Virus record (IMG/VR): IMGVR_UViG_3300028558_000791
Location: 62,001 to 126,000 of that record
DNA length: 64,000 nucleotides
Strand: one strand, 5' to 3'
A model generated the notes under the pieces. The model ran no database searches, was not told the origin of the DNA, and saw only the letters and a program-made list of their open reading frames with translations. Numbering within the stretch: position 1 is the first letter of the stretch; each line of letters starts with the position of its first letter. Shown piece by piece: positions 9,389 through 17,425 of the stretch. The position numbers were made by a program, and so were the translations under genes.

Positions 9389-9700
9389 TTACTTCTTCTT
9401 TTTCTTAGCTGGCTTGCCGCCCATCTTGCGGTACACATCATAGACTACTGCCCAAGGTTCTTCGTAACCTTTCCAGTATTTCTTGACAGCTTTCTTGGCG
9501 CGTTTCCAAACCTTCTCATCTATTAGATTTACATCTTGGACTTGATTATTGTCTTGTTTAGAAAGTGATTTGATGAAAGAAGCCTCTTCTGGGCTAAAGT
9601 CCGAAGCCTTCTTATCAGCCGGTGCCTTGTCGGCATACTGCTGTTCAGCGATCTTAATTGTGAATTCTTCGGCTAATTCAGCCACTTTTTCAAAGCTCAT
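9389..9700 (-). CDS. Hypothetical protein, possibly virion-associated
   Basis: 103-aa reverse-strand ORF with SD (AAGGT), N-terminal ELAEEFTIKIA helix and basic tail. Confidence 0.7.
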   Translation of the reverse strand: MSFEKVAELAEEFTIKIAEQQYADKAPADKKASDFSPEEASFIKSLSKQDNNQVQDVNLIDEKVWKRAKKAVKKYWKGYEEPWAVVYDVYRKMGGKPAKKKKK

Positions 9701-9722
9701 ACCTTAATGTAAGGATATTAAT

Positions 9723-10352
9723 ATGATAGACAAGCCTGTAATTATTGGTTGCGATGAGGTTGGATATGGTTGCTTAGCCGGTCCCCTAGTTGTGGTCGGG
9801 GTCAGAGCACCTAAAGAATGGAAGCTGGAGGGCCTAAACGATTCCAAGAAATTGTCCGCCAAGAAGCGTGACGCCATGCTCCTCCCTCTGATGAAGCTGG
9901 CCCAGAGCAATGTAATAAGTTACCATCTAGCCGAACGAAGCTCTCAGGAGATTGATAAGGTAGGAGTGGCAGTTGCCCTGAAGGATGCTTATGTTGAATG
10001 TTTCAAGGCTTTGTATCAAGAAGATTGCCTGATAATTAGCGACGGAATCTTAAAATTTGACGGCCTGGGCGTCGATGACTATGATAAAGTTTCGGTGATC
10101 AAAGCTGACGCTAAGTTCCCGGCCGTAATGGCCGCTAGCATTATTGCTAAGACTTATCGTGATGATAAGATGCATAGATTACATCTTACATACCCTAACT
10201 ATGGTTGGGATTCTAATGTAGGGTATGGTTCCAAAGACCATCTGGCCGCCATTGAAAAGTATGGCCCCTGCCCACTTCATAGGTTCTCATATGCTCCAAT
10301 GAGGAATATGAAGATTGCTGACCCGCGACAGATGACATTTAAGGATTTCTAA
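9723..10352 (+). CDS. rnhB: Ribonuclease HII
   Basis: GCDEVGYGCLAGPLVV, LNDSKKLS, ISDG, KADAKFPAVMAASIIAKTYRD, YGWDSNVGYG. Confidence 0.95.
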   Translation: MIDKPVIIGCDEVGYGCLAGPLVVVGVRAPKEWKLEGLNDSKKLSAKKRDAMLLPLMKLAQSNVISYHLAERSSQEIDKVGVAVALKDAYVECFKALYQEDCLIISDGILKFDGLGVDDYDKVSVIKADAKFPAVMAASIIAKTYRDDKMHRLHLTYPNYGWDSNVGYGSKDHLAAIEKYGPCPLHRFSYAPMRNMKIADPRQMTFKDF

Positions 10353-10552
10353 TGGAACCGACTGATCAAAAGAAAGTTAGATTAATTTGTAACCAAGTTT
10401 CATTCCTAATGGAACATCAGGAAATTCTTCCAGATCTAAAAGAGTGCATTGCAAAGCTAAGCCCTGAGTCGGAAGGTAGTGAGTATCTGAAAGGCGCTCA
10501 GGACGCTTTGAATTATCTAATTGGATTTCTAGCAGCAAAGGGTAATCGATGA
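10352..10552 (+). CDS. Hypothetical protein
   Basis: Coupled ORF, 66 aa. Confidence 0.6.
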   Translation: MEPTDQKKVRLICNQVSFLMEHQEILPDLKECIAKLSPESEGSEYLKGAQDALNYLIGFLAAKGNR

Positions 10553-10821
10553 AAACGGATTTTGTAACCTTGATTAAATCTATACGCAAGGCGCTTAGAC
10601 CGGAATTCAAAAAGCTTGAATCATTGACTGGTGAGCAGCACTCAAATACTCTTGATATGATAGAGCGAGAGTCATTGAAAATGATTTTGGAAGCAGATTA
10701 TACAGAGACAGAGTTCTATGAAGAGTATCAAGAATACTTTATGGACTTCTCGTCTGACAATCCCGATGAATGGATTATCAAACGTGACCCGGAGAATGCT
10801 GAAATAATTTCAGGTAATTAA
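10549..10821 (+). CDS. Hypothetical protein
   Basis: Coupled ORF (ATGA overlap), 90 aa. Confidence 0.65.
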   Translation: MKTDFVTLIKSIRKALRPEFKKLESLTGEQHSNTLDMIERESLKMILEADYTETEFYEEYQEYFMDFSSDNPDEWIIKRDPENAEIISGN

Positions 10822-10854
10822 CTATCAATAATGTGTGATATATAGCACACATAT

Positions 10855-10930
10855 CGTGGTGTAGCAAATCGGCATATGCGACTGTTTCATACGCAGTATT
10901 AAGTGGGTTCGACTCCCACCTCCACGACCA
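10855..10930 (+). tRNA. tRNA-CAT (elongator Met or Ile2)
   Basis: Loop TT-CAT-AC, T-arm GTGGG-TTCGACT-CCCAC, A73-CCA; one acceptor-stem mismatch. Confidence 0.85.
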
Positions 10931-10932
10931 AA

Positions 10933-11328
10933 TCAATTCGTAGCAATTCCCGAACCTGGATCTCTACCAGTGAATGATAAGGTGGTTGTTCCTTGTGGAA
11001 CCTGAGGGAAGCTACTGATATGTTTCTCAAGATACTTCTTAATTTGTGCTGGTAACTTAGCGTAATTACCTGCAAATTGTGGAGGTTCAACTGATGGTGC
11101 TGACACGTCAACGTTCAAACCACCCAAGGTAGCCTCAGTAATGGTGACGTTGATATTTAAGTCAGCCTGATCTTTCTTGAGTTGAGATGGAAAATTCATG
11201 ATTCCATTAGCGCTGCTCTCGCCATAGCTGGCGGCATTCTGAATGATTTCTTGAAGATTCTGCGATTGAGCATACTTATTTTGAAATTTGTTTGCTAGTT
11301 TTAGAAGTAGGGCCTGAGACTTTTTCAT
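10933..11328 (-). CDS. Hypothetical protein, possibly virion-associated
   Basis: 131-aa reverse-strand ORF beginning MKKSQALLLKLANKFQNKYAQ. Confidence 0.75.
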   Translation of the reverse strand: MKKSQALLLKLANKFQNKYAQSQNLQEIIQNAASYGESSANGIMNFPSQLKKDQADLNINVTITEATLGGLNVDVSAPSVEPPQFAGNYAKLPAQIKKYLEKHISSFPQVPQGTTTLSFTGRDPGSGIATN

Positions 11329-11369
11329 ACAAGATATATGGCTTTAGTGGTATATAAGATACCGAAAAT

Positions 11370-11444
11370 GGTCGATTAACTCAGCGGTAGAGTGATGCCC
11401 TTACAAGGCGTAAGTCGGGGGTTCGAATCCCTCATCGACTACCA
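11370..11444 (+). tRNA. tRNA-Val(TAC), copy 1
   Basis: Cloverleaf, loop CT-TAC-AA, A73-CCA. Confidence 0.95.
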
Positions 11445-11517
11445 GATATGCGGGTTTTACCAAGGGCATAGCGTCCCGAGGCATCTCTTGGAAGGTGACT
11501 TAGTGTATTCCAAACAT

Positions 11518-11592
11518 TGGAGATTAGCTCAATGGTAGAGCGTCGGTTTTACACTCCGAAGACTTAGGGTTCGATCCCCTTATCTCCAACCA
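11518..11592 (+). tRNA. tRNA-Val(TAC), copy 2
   Basis: Acceptor TGGAGAT/ATCTCCA, loop TT-TAC-AC, U31-U39 mismatch, CCA. Confidence 0.88.
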
Positions 11593-11660
11593 TGTGTCCC
11601 TAACATATAGGGGATGACACCTATCACAGTGGTGTGGAATGCTGGGGAGTACAGCACCAT

Positions 11661-11734
11661 GGGCGGTTAACTCAATGGTAGAGTGCTAGCATGACTCGCT
11701 AGCTACAGGGGTTCGATTCCCTTACCGCCTACCA
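11661..11734 (+). tRNA. tRNA-Val(GAC), atypical anticodon loop
   Basis: Stem CTAGC/GCTAG, loop AT-GAC-TC (A32, U37), A73-CCA. Confidence 0.85.
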
Positions 11735-11735
11735 G

Positions 11736-11984
11736 ATGCGTAAGCTAAGCATATTTGATGATGGTGCGTTTGTCGCATCGGTCACTATGAACGGTACCAC
11801 GCCTTTGATCTTTGCTCGCACGAGTAGGTCTTGGAGTGAAACCAACATGCTAGTTCGTGACAGGTACACTCGTACTGTTAACGGCAAGTACATAGAAGTC
11901 AAAATGGATGATGCCGATTTCCTCCAGCATGTAGCTGAGCGAGCGCAGGGTTACAATTTCAGCACGGAGTTGATCAATGAGTAG
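11736..11984 (+). CDS. Hypothetical protein
   Basis: 82-aa ORF. Confidence 0.55.
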   Translation: MRKLSIFDDGAFVASVTMNGTTPLIFARTSRSWSETNMLVRDRYTRTVNGKYIEVKMDDADFLQHVAERAQGYNFSTELINE

Positions 11985-12195
11985 CGTTGAAAATTATGAC
12001 GGTCTCTGTGGTATAATTCCTGAGTTCGCTGACTCTAGTAACCAAATACGTTGTAATTATGAATTGGGACATTATGGTCCCTGTTCATTTAAGAAACTAA
12101 GAAATCATCGTAGAGGTTATGCTGGTTGTTTCAGAGCGCCAGACCCAGACCGTGGTTTCATTGATTCTGTTCTGTCGCATCAAGAAGACGAATAA
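11977..12195 (+). CDS. Hypothetical protein
   Basis: 72-aa ORF with GGAG SD and a C...C...H...C cluster. Confidence 0.6.
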   Translation: MSSVENYDGLCGIIPEFADSSNQIRCNYELGHYGPCSFKKLRNHRRGYAGCFRAPDPDRGFIDSVLSHQEDE

Positions 12196-12207
12196 TTGAG
12201 GAAAGAA

Positions 12208-12408
12208 ATGAAGAAGTTAATTGGCTTTGTATTAGCATTGGTAATTGGTATTATAGTTATCGCCCCTGTTCACGAAGCAGAGGCCCAGGTTGTTTACACT
12301 CGCAAATGTTGCGATGGTAATAATAACGTCCGTTGTGTCTTAGAAAATTGGACTCCGGTGGGCAACTCTTGCTTTTGTTATGGCCAAGGCTGGGGATACG
12401 CCTGCTAA
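12208..12408 (+). CDS. Small secreted cysteine-rich protein
   Basis: Signal peptide MKKLIGFVLALVIGIIVIAPVHEAEA, then a 40-aa mature part with six Cys. Confidence 0.7.
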   Translation: MKKLIGFVLALVIGIIVIAPVHEAEAQVVYTRKCCDGNNNVRCVLENWTPVGNSCFCYGQGWGYAC

Positions 12409-12425
12409 TTTTCTACGGAGAATAA

Positions 12426-12716
12426 ATGATTGATGAGAATAAATTCTGGGACTTGGTTCGCCAGTGGGAATACGATACAAGAAATACTTCCTCTGCTAAC
12501 CAAATCCTTGGCCATACATCTGTGGCCGGCATAATTCAGATGGGTCAAGAGATAATTCCACTCGCATTGAAAGCGATGAAAGAAAACTATCATTTCACTT
12601 TCATATTGCATAAGTTAACTGGAGAGTGGCCAGTCAAAGATGAACATAAAGGTAATGGTCCAAGGATCATTGAAGCTTGGCGGAAGTGGGCCAAGAAACA
12701 TGGATACCAAGTCTAA
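12426..12716 (+). CDS. Hypothetical protein
   Basis: 96-aa ORF with GGAG SD. Confidence 0.7.
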   Translation: MIDENKFWDLVRQWEYDTRNTSSANQILGHTSVAGIIQMGQEIIPLALKAMKENYHFTFILHKLTGEWPVKDEHKGNGPRIIEAWRKWAKKHGYQV

Positions 12717-12731
12717 GCTTGCTAAAAAGAA

Positions 12732-12758
12732 AAACGCCAGGTATTTAGCCTGGCGTTT
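12732..12758 (-). terminator. Intrinsic terminator between convergent genes
   Basis: AAACGCCAGG-tatttag-CCTGGCGTTT; the A-run upstream gives a U-tract on the minus strand. Confidence 0.75.
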
Positions 12759-12783
12759 CCATTTGATTCACTAAAAATTTAGA

Positions 12784-13689
12784 TTAGAGTTTTGTCCAAG
12801 TAGTACCGTTCCAAGACCAAGTGTGGTCGGAAGCGTAGTTGTCAACAGCGCTAATACCGCCGAACATAATTACGTTACCACTCTGGGAGTCCCAGCACAT
12901 CTGAGCGCCCTTACGGCCTGCTGGAGAGGTAGCTGGTGTAGCCTTAGTCCAAGTAGTTCCGTCATAGAGCCAAGTTTCTGGTAGGTTGTTGTATTCATTG
13001 ACACCACCGAATAGAACCCATTGTGCACGAGTTACGTCGTAAGCCATGCAAGCACCAGTTCTAACTGATGGGGAAGTTGCTGGAGCCTGGAGAGTCCAGG
13101 TAGTTCCGTCGAACTTCCAGGTATCATTCTTGCATTCACCGCTGCTGATGCTACCACCAAACAATACTGTGAAGGTTGGGCCGGCTGCCATTACGTGACC
13201 GACTCTGGCTGATGGGGAAGTTGCTGGAGCTAGTTGAGTCCAAGTCTGAACATAACCGTCCCACTTCCAAGTCTCATTTAGGTAGCCTTGGCCACCGTAA
13301 CCACCAAACATGGTGACATTGAGTGCAGTAGTAGTTGTACGACATGCTTCCGCGCCATAACGTCCAAATGGAGATGTAGTTGGAGATTTCTGGGTCCAAG
13401 TAGAACCGCTCCAAATCCAAGTATCCTTTAGGGCGCCTTGTAGGGCTGAGTCAGCTTGACCACCATAAACCATAACGCCATAACCATCATAGGCCATAAC
13501 TTGGTTAGTACGTCCTGGTAGTGGGCCAGCAGTTACTACTTGGGTCCAATCTGTGCCGTTCCAGGTCCAAGTTCCATTTTGGAAATTAGAAACACCTGGA
13601 TAGGCGCCAGAATCCAATAGAACTACTTCGCTAGAACCACGTTGGATCATGAAAGAATTTACGCAACGAAGTGGGGTGTGAGTTGTCAT
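12784..13689 (-). CDS. Kelch-repeat beta-propeller protein
   Basis: Repeated P-x-R...FGG...TW-x-(W/F/Y)DG-x-x-W units (APATSPSAR, APATSPSVR, TPATSPAGR). Confidence 0.88.
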   Translation of the reverse strand: MTTHTPLRCVNSFMIQRGSSEVVLLDSGAYPGVSNFQNGTWTWNGTDWTQVVTAGPLPGRTNQVMAYDGYGVMVYGGQADSALQGALKDTWIWSGSTWTQKSPTTSPFGRYGAEACRTTTTALNVTMFGGYGGQGYLNETWKWDGYVQTWTQLAPATSPSARVGHVMAAGPTFTVLFGGSISSGECKNDTWKFDGTTWTLQAPATSPSVRTGACMAYDVTRAQWVLFGGVNEYNNLPETWLYDGTTWTKATPATSPAGRKGAQMCWDSQSGNVIMFGGISAVDNYASDHTWSWNGTTWTKL

Positions 13690-13772
13690 TTTATCCTCTT
13701 TAAGTGAATCAAAACTTTAAAAGCTTATTTGTATGGCTTAAAAGTGATAGAATAATTATAAGGAATTTTTCG

Positions 13773-14045
13773 ATGCATTATCATATTTTCTGGGGTTTAA
13801 GGACAACAGAGGAGCCCTTTATCCTAAATTTTTCGGACAGGGATACGGCCATTGACAAGTTCATTGCGCTAGTTAAAGATGTAGAAGGTGATAGCGTCAA
13901 GGACGGTCCACCACCCTGGGACGAGCAAAAGATTGGCAATACTCTAGTCTTTAGAATTGTTAGCCCTTTGTACAAGTATCTACTTGTATACTGTAATAAT
14001 TCTTGTGATACTGAAGATGCTCCTTTTCCAATGAATGTTAATTGA
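13773..14045 (+). CDS. Hypothetical protein
   Basis: AAGGA SD before ATG 13773. Confidence 0.6.
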   Translation: MHYHIFWGLRTTEEPFILNFSDRDTAIDKFIALVKDVEGDSVKDGPPPWDEQKIGNTLVFRIVSPLYKYLLVYCNNSCDTEDAPFPMNVN

Positions 14046-14079
14046 TTTTGGGCATAAGGTGATATAATTATTACCGTAA

Positions 14080-14154
14080 GCGAATGTAACTCAATGGTAG
14101 AGTCTCTGCCTTCCAAGCAGATGGTTGAGGGTTCGAGCCCCTTCGTTCGCTCCA
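14080..14154 (+). tRNA. tRNA-Gly(TCC), copy 1
   Basis: Cloverleaf, loop CT-TCC-AA, U73-CCA. Confidence 0.95.
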
Positions 14155-14160
14155 AGCTCT

Positions 14161-14267
14161 GGTGCCTATAGAAACCTATTCGCCCCTAATTCGAGTCCAA
14201 AGGGCTGTGACATGGCCAGCCACGAATTAGGATAAGCAGTAAAGTCAATCTGTAGGAAATAAACACC
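14161..14267 (+). ncRNA. Candidate structured ncRNA A (long irregular hairpin with central bubble)
   Basis: Nested helices GGTG/CACC, CCTATAG/CTGTAGG, CCTAATTCG/CGAATTAGG, GGCTG/CAGCC; lies between two tRNAs with no ORF. Confidence 0.5.
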
Positions 14268-14276
14268 ACGCTATAA

Positions 14277-14351
14277 GCAGACTTAATTCAGTGGTAGAAT
14301 GATTCGTTGCCAACGAATATGTCACGGGTTCGAGCCCCGTAGTCTGCTCCA
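14277..14351 (+). tRNA. tRNA-Gly(GCC), copy 1
   Basis: Cloverleaf, loop TT-GCC-AA, U73-CCA. Confidence 0.95.
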
Positions 14352-14473
14352 AGACGAATGCCAGGTAGGATTACATGGATAAAGCGTCAGGAGTAATCCT
14401 GATTCGAGATGGTTCAAACCCATCAAACTTTCCCGTAAGGGATCGTAAAAAATCTTTCCAAATTTAGTCGTCT
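14352..14473 (+). ncRNA. Candidate structured ncRNA B (multi-branch, with T-arm mimic)
   Basis: AGACGA/TCGTCT closing stem, AGGATTAC/GTAATCCT, GATGG-TTCAAAC-CCATC, TCCC-GTAA-GGGA. Confidence 0.5.
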
Positions 14474-14477
14474 ATTT

Positions 14478-14551
14478 GCGGTTATCTTCTAATGGTAAGA
14501 ATACTGGTCGCCATCCAGAGAACGCCGGTTCGATTCCGGCTAACCGCTCCA
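14478..14551 (+). tRNA. tRNA-Gly(GCC), copy 2, C33
   Basis: Acceptor GCGGTTA/TAACCGC, loop TC-GCC-AT, U73-CCA. Confidence 0.82.
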
Positions 14552-14587
14552 CGATTCCCAATCTTTCATTTGAAAGCGTGACTTTAT

Positions 14588-14740
14588 ATGCGTTCACATC
14601 ATTATCTCTTTCTCTTTCTTCTCGTGGTAGTTGTAGGCTTCCTAACTCTTAGAGGATGTGTTCACTGTACCGGCAGAGTTCTCTCTGGCCCAACTCCTAC
14701 AAATACTATCTATGTTGTTCCAGGAGGACCAGCTAGGTAA
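14588..14740 (+). CDS. Small membrane protein (50 aa, not in the ORF track)
   Basis: MRSHHYLFLFLLVVVVGFLTLRGCVHC...; fills the gap between tRNAs. Confidence 0.45.
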   Translation: MRSHHYLFLFLLVVVVGFLTLRGCVHCTGRVLSGPTPTNTIYVVPGGPAR

Positions 14741-14760
14741 GTACAAAGCAGTTAAAATTA

Positions 14761-14844
14761 GCGGGCATCGCATAGCGGCGATTGCACTTGCCTTCCAAGC
14801 AAGACTCTGAAACAACGTGGGTTCGAGTCCCACTGCCCGCTCCA
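14761..14844 (+). tRNA. tRNA-Gly(TCC), copy 2, 13-nt variable region
   Basis: GCGGGCA/TGCCCGC, loop CT-TCC-AA, insert ACTCTGAAACAAC before the T-arm. Confidence 0.88.
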
Positions 14845-14848
14845 GATT

Positions 14849-15151
14849 ATGATTGACGCATGTAAGTTCTGCGAGCATAAGATTCCTGTACCTGACCTTG
14901 GTGATGACTGGTGGTGTCCCAAGTGCCAGAAGTATTCTGTTGTCTGTATGGATAACAGTATTGTGGAGTCAGAGACATTGCGCTCTGGTAATTTCTATAT
15001 TATATTCTTTCCAGCTTATAAGACTGCCAGCATTGCTTCCACCAAAGAGGCAGAGAAACAAATTCTAAAGTCTTTTGAAATGGATGAGTTTACCCACGAG
15101 CAAGCACTCTATTGGGCGAACAAACTAAAAACATACGTACTGTTTCAGTGA
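14849..15151 (+). CDS. Hypothetical Zn-ribbon protein with C-terminal KLKTYVLFQ
   Basis: CKFC...CPKC; helical tail. Confidence 0.7.
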   Translation: MIDACKFCEHKIPVPDLGDDWWCPKCQKYSVVCMDNSIVESETLRSGNFYIIFFPAYKTASIASTKEAEKQILKSFEMDEFTHEQALYWANKLKTYVLFQ

Positions 15152-15221
15152 GTCCATAGAAAAGTTATATGACGTAGATCGGGAAAAAGAACGCTACCAT
15201 TTTGTAAAAATGCGGAACGCC

Positions 15222-15249
15222 TTGACTCGCATTCTATACGATTTACATT
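15222..15249 (+). promoter_or_regulatory. Sigma70-like promoter for tsf
   Basis: TTGACT-N16-TACATT. Confidence 0.6.
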
Positions 15250-15269
15250 TGAACACAAGGATAAGTAAC

Positions 15270-16229
15270 ATGAGTAACACGGAGCTAATCAGAGAGCTAA
15301 GGGCATTAACTTCAGCCGGCATGAAGGATTGCAAGGATGCTCTCGAAGAGTCTAGTTGGGATTTGCAAAAGGCCGTTGACATTGTCAAGGCTAAGGGCCT
15401 CAATGTTGTCTCCGGTCGTTCAGGCAAAGTTGCTTCTGAAGGTGCCGTTACCGTTTGGCATTTTGCCGAAGGGGTAGCGATGGCCGAAGTCAATTGCCAA
15501 ACTGACTTCGTTGCTAACAGCCCCGACTTCAGGGGATTTGCACAGAATGTAGCTCACGATGTTGCCGACGCAGTTAGCAATGGTGAAGCATTTACTGTTG
15601 ATATGGTTGAGCAAGAGAGACAAGCTATTGTCTCTACAACGAAAGAAAATGTTGTAGTTCGCCGATGGTGGGTTGAGCAACCAGTTGCCCCAGGAACCGC
15701 AACGTATTCTTACGTTCACTCTAATGGCAAGATTGGCGTTCTAATTACTTTGCTTGCCCCATCTGCTGATGCGGCTAAGGATTCCGCTTTCCGTGAGCTT
15801 GGTGAAGACCTTGCCATGCAGATTGCTGCCATGAGTCCGTTGGCAGTCGATGCGGATCGTATTCCACAAGAAGAAAAAGTTCGTCAGAAGGCAATCTTTG
15901 AGATGCAACTCAAGGATGAGAACAAGCCAGAGAAGATGTGGGATAAGATTATGGAAGGTAAGTTCCGTAAGTGGAACACAGAAGTTTGTTTGCTGGAGCA
16001 GGAGTCAGTGGTTGTTCCTAAGACGACTGTAAGGCAAGTAGTGAAGAATGTCGGGACCAAGTTGGGCGGTGAGATTCAAGTTGTGAATTTCGTTCGTTGT
16101 CAAGTTGGTGAGGGCATTGAAAAGAAACAAGACAACCTCGCCGAGGAAGTCGCTAAACTGACGGGACAAGAAAATGGTCAGATGGATACTACAGTATTAC
16201 AAACCATGTCCGCAGTCAGAAATAAGTAA
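15270..16229 (+). CDS. tsf: Elongation factor Ts
   Basis: IRELRALTSAGMKDCKDAL, EVNCQTDFVA, SYVHSNGKIGV, LAMQIAAMSP, NFVRCQVGEGIEKK; AAGGA SD before ATG 15270. Confidence 0.96.
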   Translation: MSNTELIRELRALTSAGMKDCKDALEESSWDLQKAVDIVKAKGLNVVSGRSGKVASEGAVTVWHFAEGVAMAEVNCQTDFVANSPDFRGFAQNVAHDVADAVSNGEAFTVDMVEQERQAIVSTTKENVVVRRWWVEQPVAPGTATYSYVHSNGKIGVLITLLAPSADAAKDSAFRELGEDLAMQIAAMSPLAVDADRIPQEEKVRQKAIFEMQLKDENKPEKMWDKIMEGKFRKWNTEVCLLEQESVVVPKTTVRQVVKNVGTKLGGEIQVVNFVRCQVGEGIEKKQDNLAEEVAKLTGQENGQMDTTVLQTMSAVRNK

Positions 16230-16237
16230 GGTACAAG

Positions 16238-16528
16238 ATGACAAGTGATGTAGGACAATTGATTGACAAGCTAACGAATGCAGTATCCTTCAAGTTTAAG
16301 GATGATGCTACCTCTCCTAACGTAACCATTTCCAAGTTGCGCAAAGGTTACTACTGTTCTGTCGTTCGATACTCTAAGAGTGGCGCTGCACAAAAGAAGG
16401 TCGTAGTCTGTAAGGCTACTGCTGATTCTATGGAAGATGCAGTCAAAACAGTTGTTACTGAGTTTCTCAAGGTAGCTCAGCCTCAACTTGATCCTCTTCA
16501 AGAATTGAACAACCTAGCCAATCAATAA
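16238..16528 (+). CDS. Hypothetical protein
   Basis: 96-aa ORF. Confidence 0.7.
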   Translation: MTSDVGQLIDKLTNAVSFKFKDDATSPNVTISKLRKGYYCSVVRYSKSGAAQKKVVVCKATADSMEDAVKTVVTEFLKVAQPQLDPLQELNNLANQ

Positions 16529-16537
16529 GGGGGAATC

Positions 16538-16900
16538 ATGGATCGTAAGACCTTACTAAAAGAAATGAAGGAGACAATTGGAACGAGAGAACCAATTGTC
16601 TTTTTCGAAAAGATGGTTGATATGTTCAGTCTTCTTTTCGATCGTATCGAGAAACTAGAAAAAGATTTAGGCGAGACTCGCATGAATGCAGCTTTGGCTA
16701 TCCAGTGGGAACCGAAAGTTGCTCGCGCAATGATTACCGATGAAATCAGTATTCTTCGAGAAAATAAAGACACTTACGTTGAGGAAATCTCAAAGCTTAA
16801 GAAGGCTTTTATCGAGGATAAGGTTACGCAGAACTATAATGAATTCTGCCTCTTCTGGGAAGAGACGCTAGGATTCCATCCATTTTTGAGTTACGAATGA
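16538..16900 (+). CDS. Hypothetical protein
   Basis: 120-aa ORF, coiled-coil-like. Confidence 0.7.
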   Translation: MDRKTLLKEMKETIGTREPIVFFEKMVDMFSLLFDRIEKLEKDLGETRMNAALAIQWEPKVARAMITDEISILRENKDTYVEEISKLKKAFIEDKVTQNYNEFCLFWEETLGFHPFLSYE

Positions 16901-17163
16901 ACGCCAAAGAGATTTTTGACAAGCTTGTTGCAAGGGCTGGTGGCTTCTGGGCTAGCAGCTCTTTGCGCCGTAAACCAGTTGGCAAGCCCGGAGAACTAGT
17001 TGAAAGGCTGGCTCCCGAAGAACGAGAAGAGCTTCAAAACCTTACATCCAAAGATGTACAAGATGCAGACCGTAGTGTGCTATTGTACATGACAGGTATG
17101 TATCCTGAGTCTACCGTGACTGTTCACACTCATACTGTAAAGAAAGATGACGATGAATCTTGA
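16897..17163 (+). CDS. Hypothetical protein
   Basis: Coupled 88-aa ORF. Confidence 0.65.
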   Translation: MNAKEIFDKLVARAGGFWASSSLRRKPVGKPGELVERLAPEEREELQNLTSKDVQDADRSVLLYMTGMYPESTVTVHTHTVKKDDDES

Positions 17164-17425
17164 TGAATCAAAAAAGAAAGAAACTGTTAGGATTTCTAAA
17201 AAGGATCTCCTGAAGCTTCTTTCTGATAATGAGCATATGTCCAAACAAGTTACCGAACTTCAAACTCGAATGACTGAACTTGTAGAAGAGAATCGCAGAC
17301 TTAAACTGGAAGCTATTACTGGTCGACCTCCGGTGGCAGTTCTACCAGAATCAGATCCAATGCCATTCATTAGACCTGACATTTATTTTGATGGATCCAA
17401 TGGTTTAGATCGATACGGAAAATGA
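17147..17425 (+). CDS. Hypothetical coiled-coil protein
   Basis: Heptad pattern QVTELQTRMTELVEENRRLK. Confidence 0.65.
   Translation: MTMNLDESKKKETVRISKKDLLKLLSDNEHMSKQVTELQTRMTELVEENRRLKLEAITGRPPVAVLPESDPMPFIRPDIYFDGSNGLDRYGK

Noticed and set aside
15210-15269. N-terminal extensions given by the ORF track (tsf from 15210, nadE from 29768, ARH2 from 32731, pheS from 40789, NADAR from 52954, macrodomain from 52300)
   Set aside because: They overlap upstream genes or promoters. Downstream ATGs with SD sequences or stop/start coupling match the family N-termini better.
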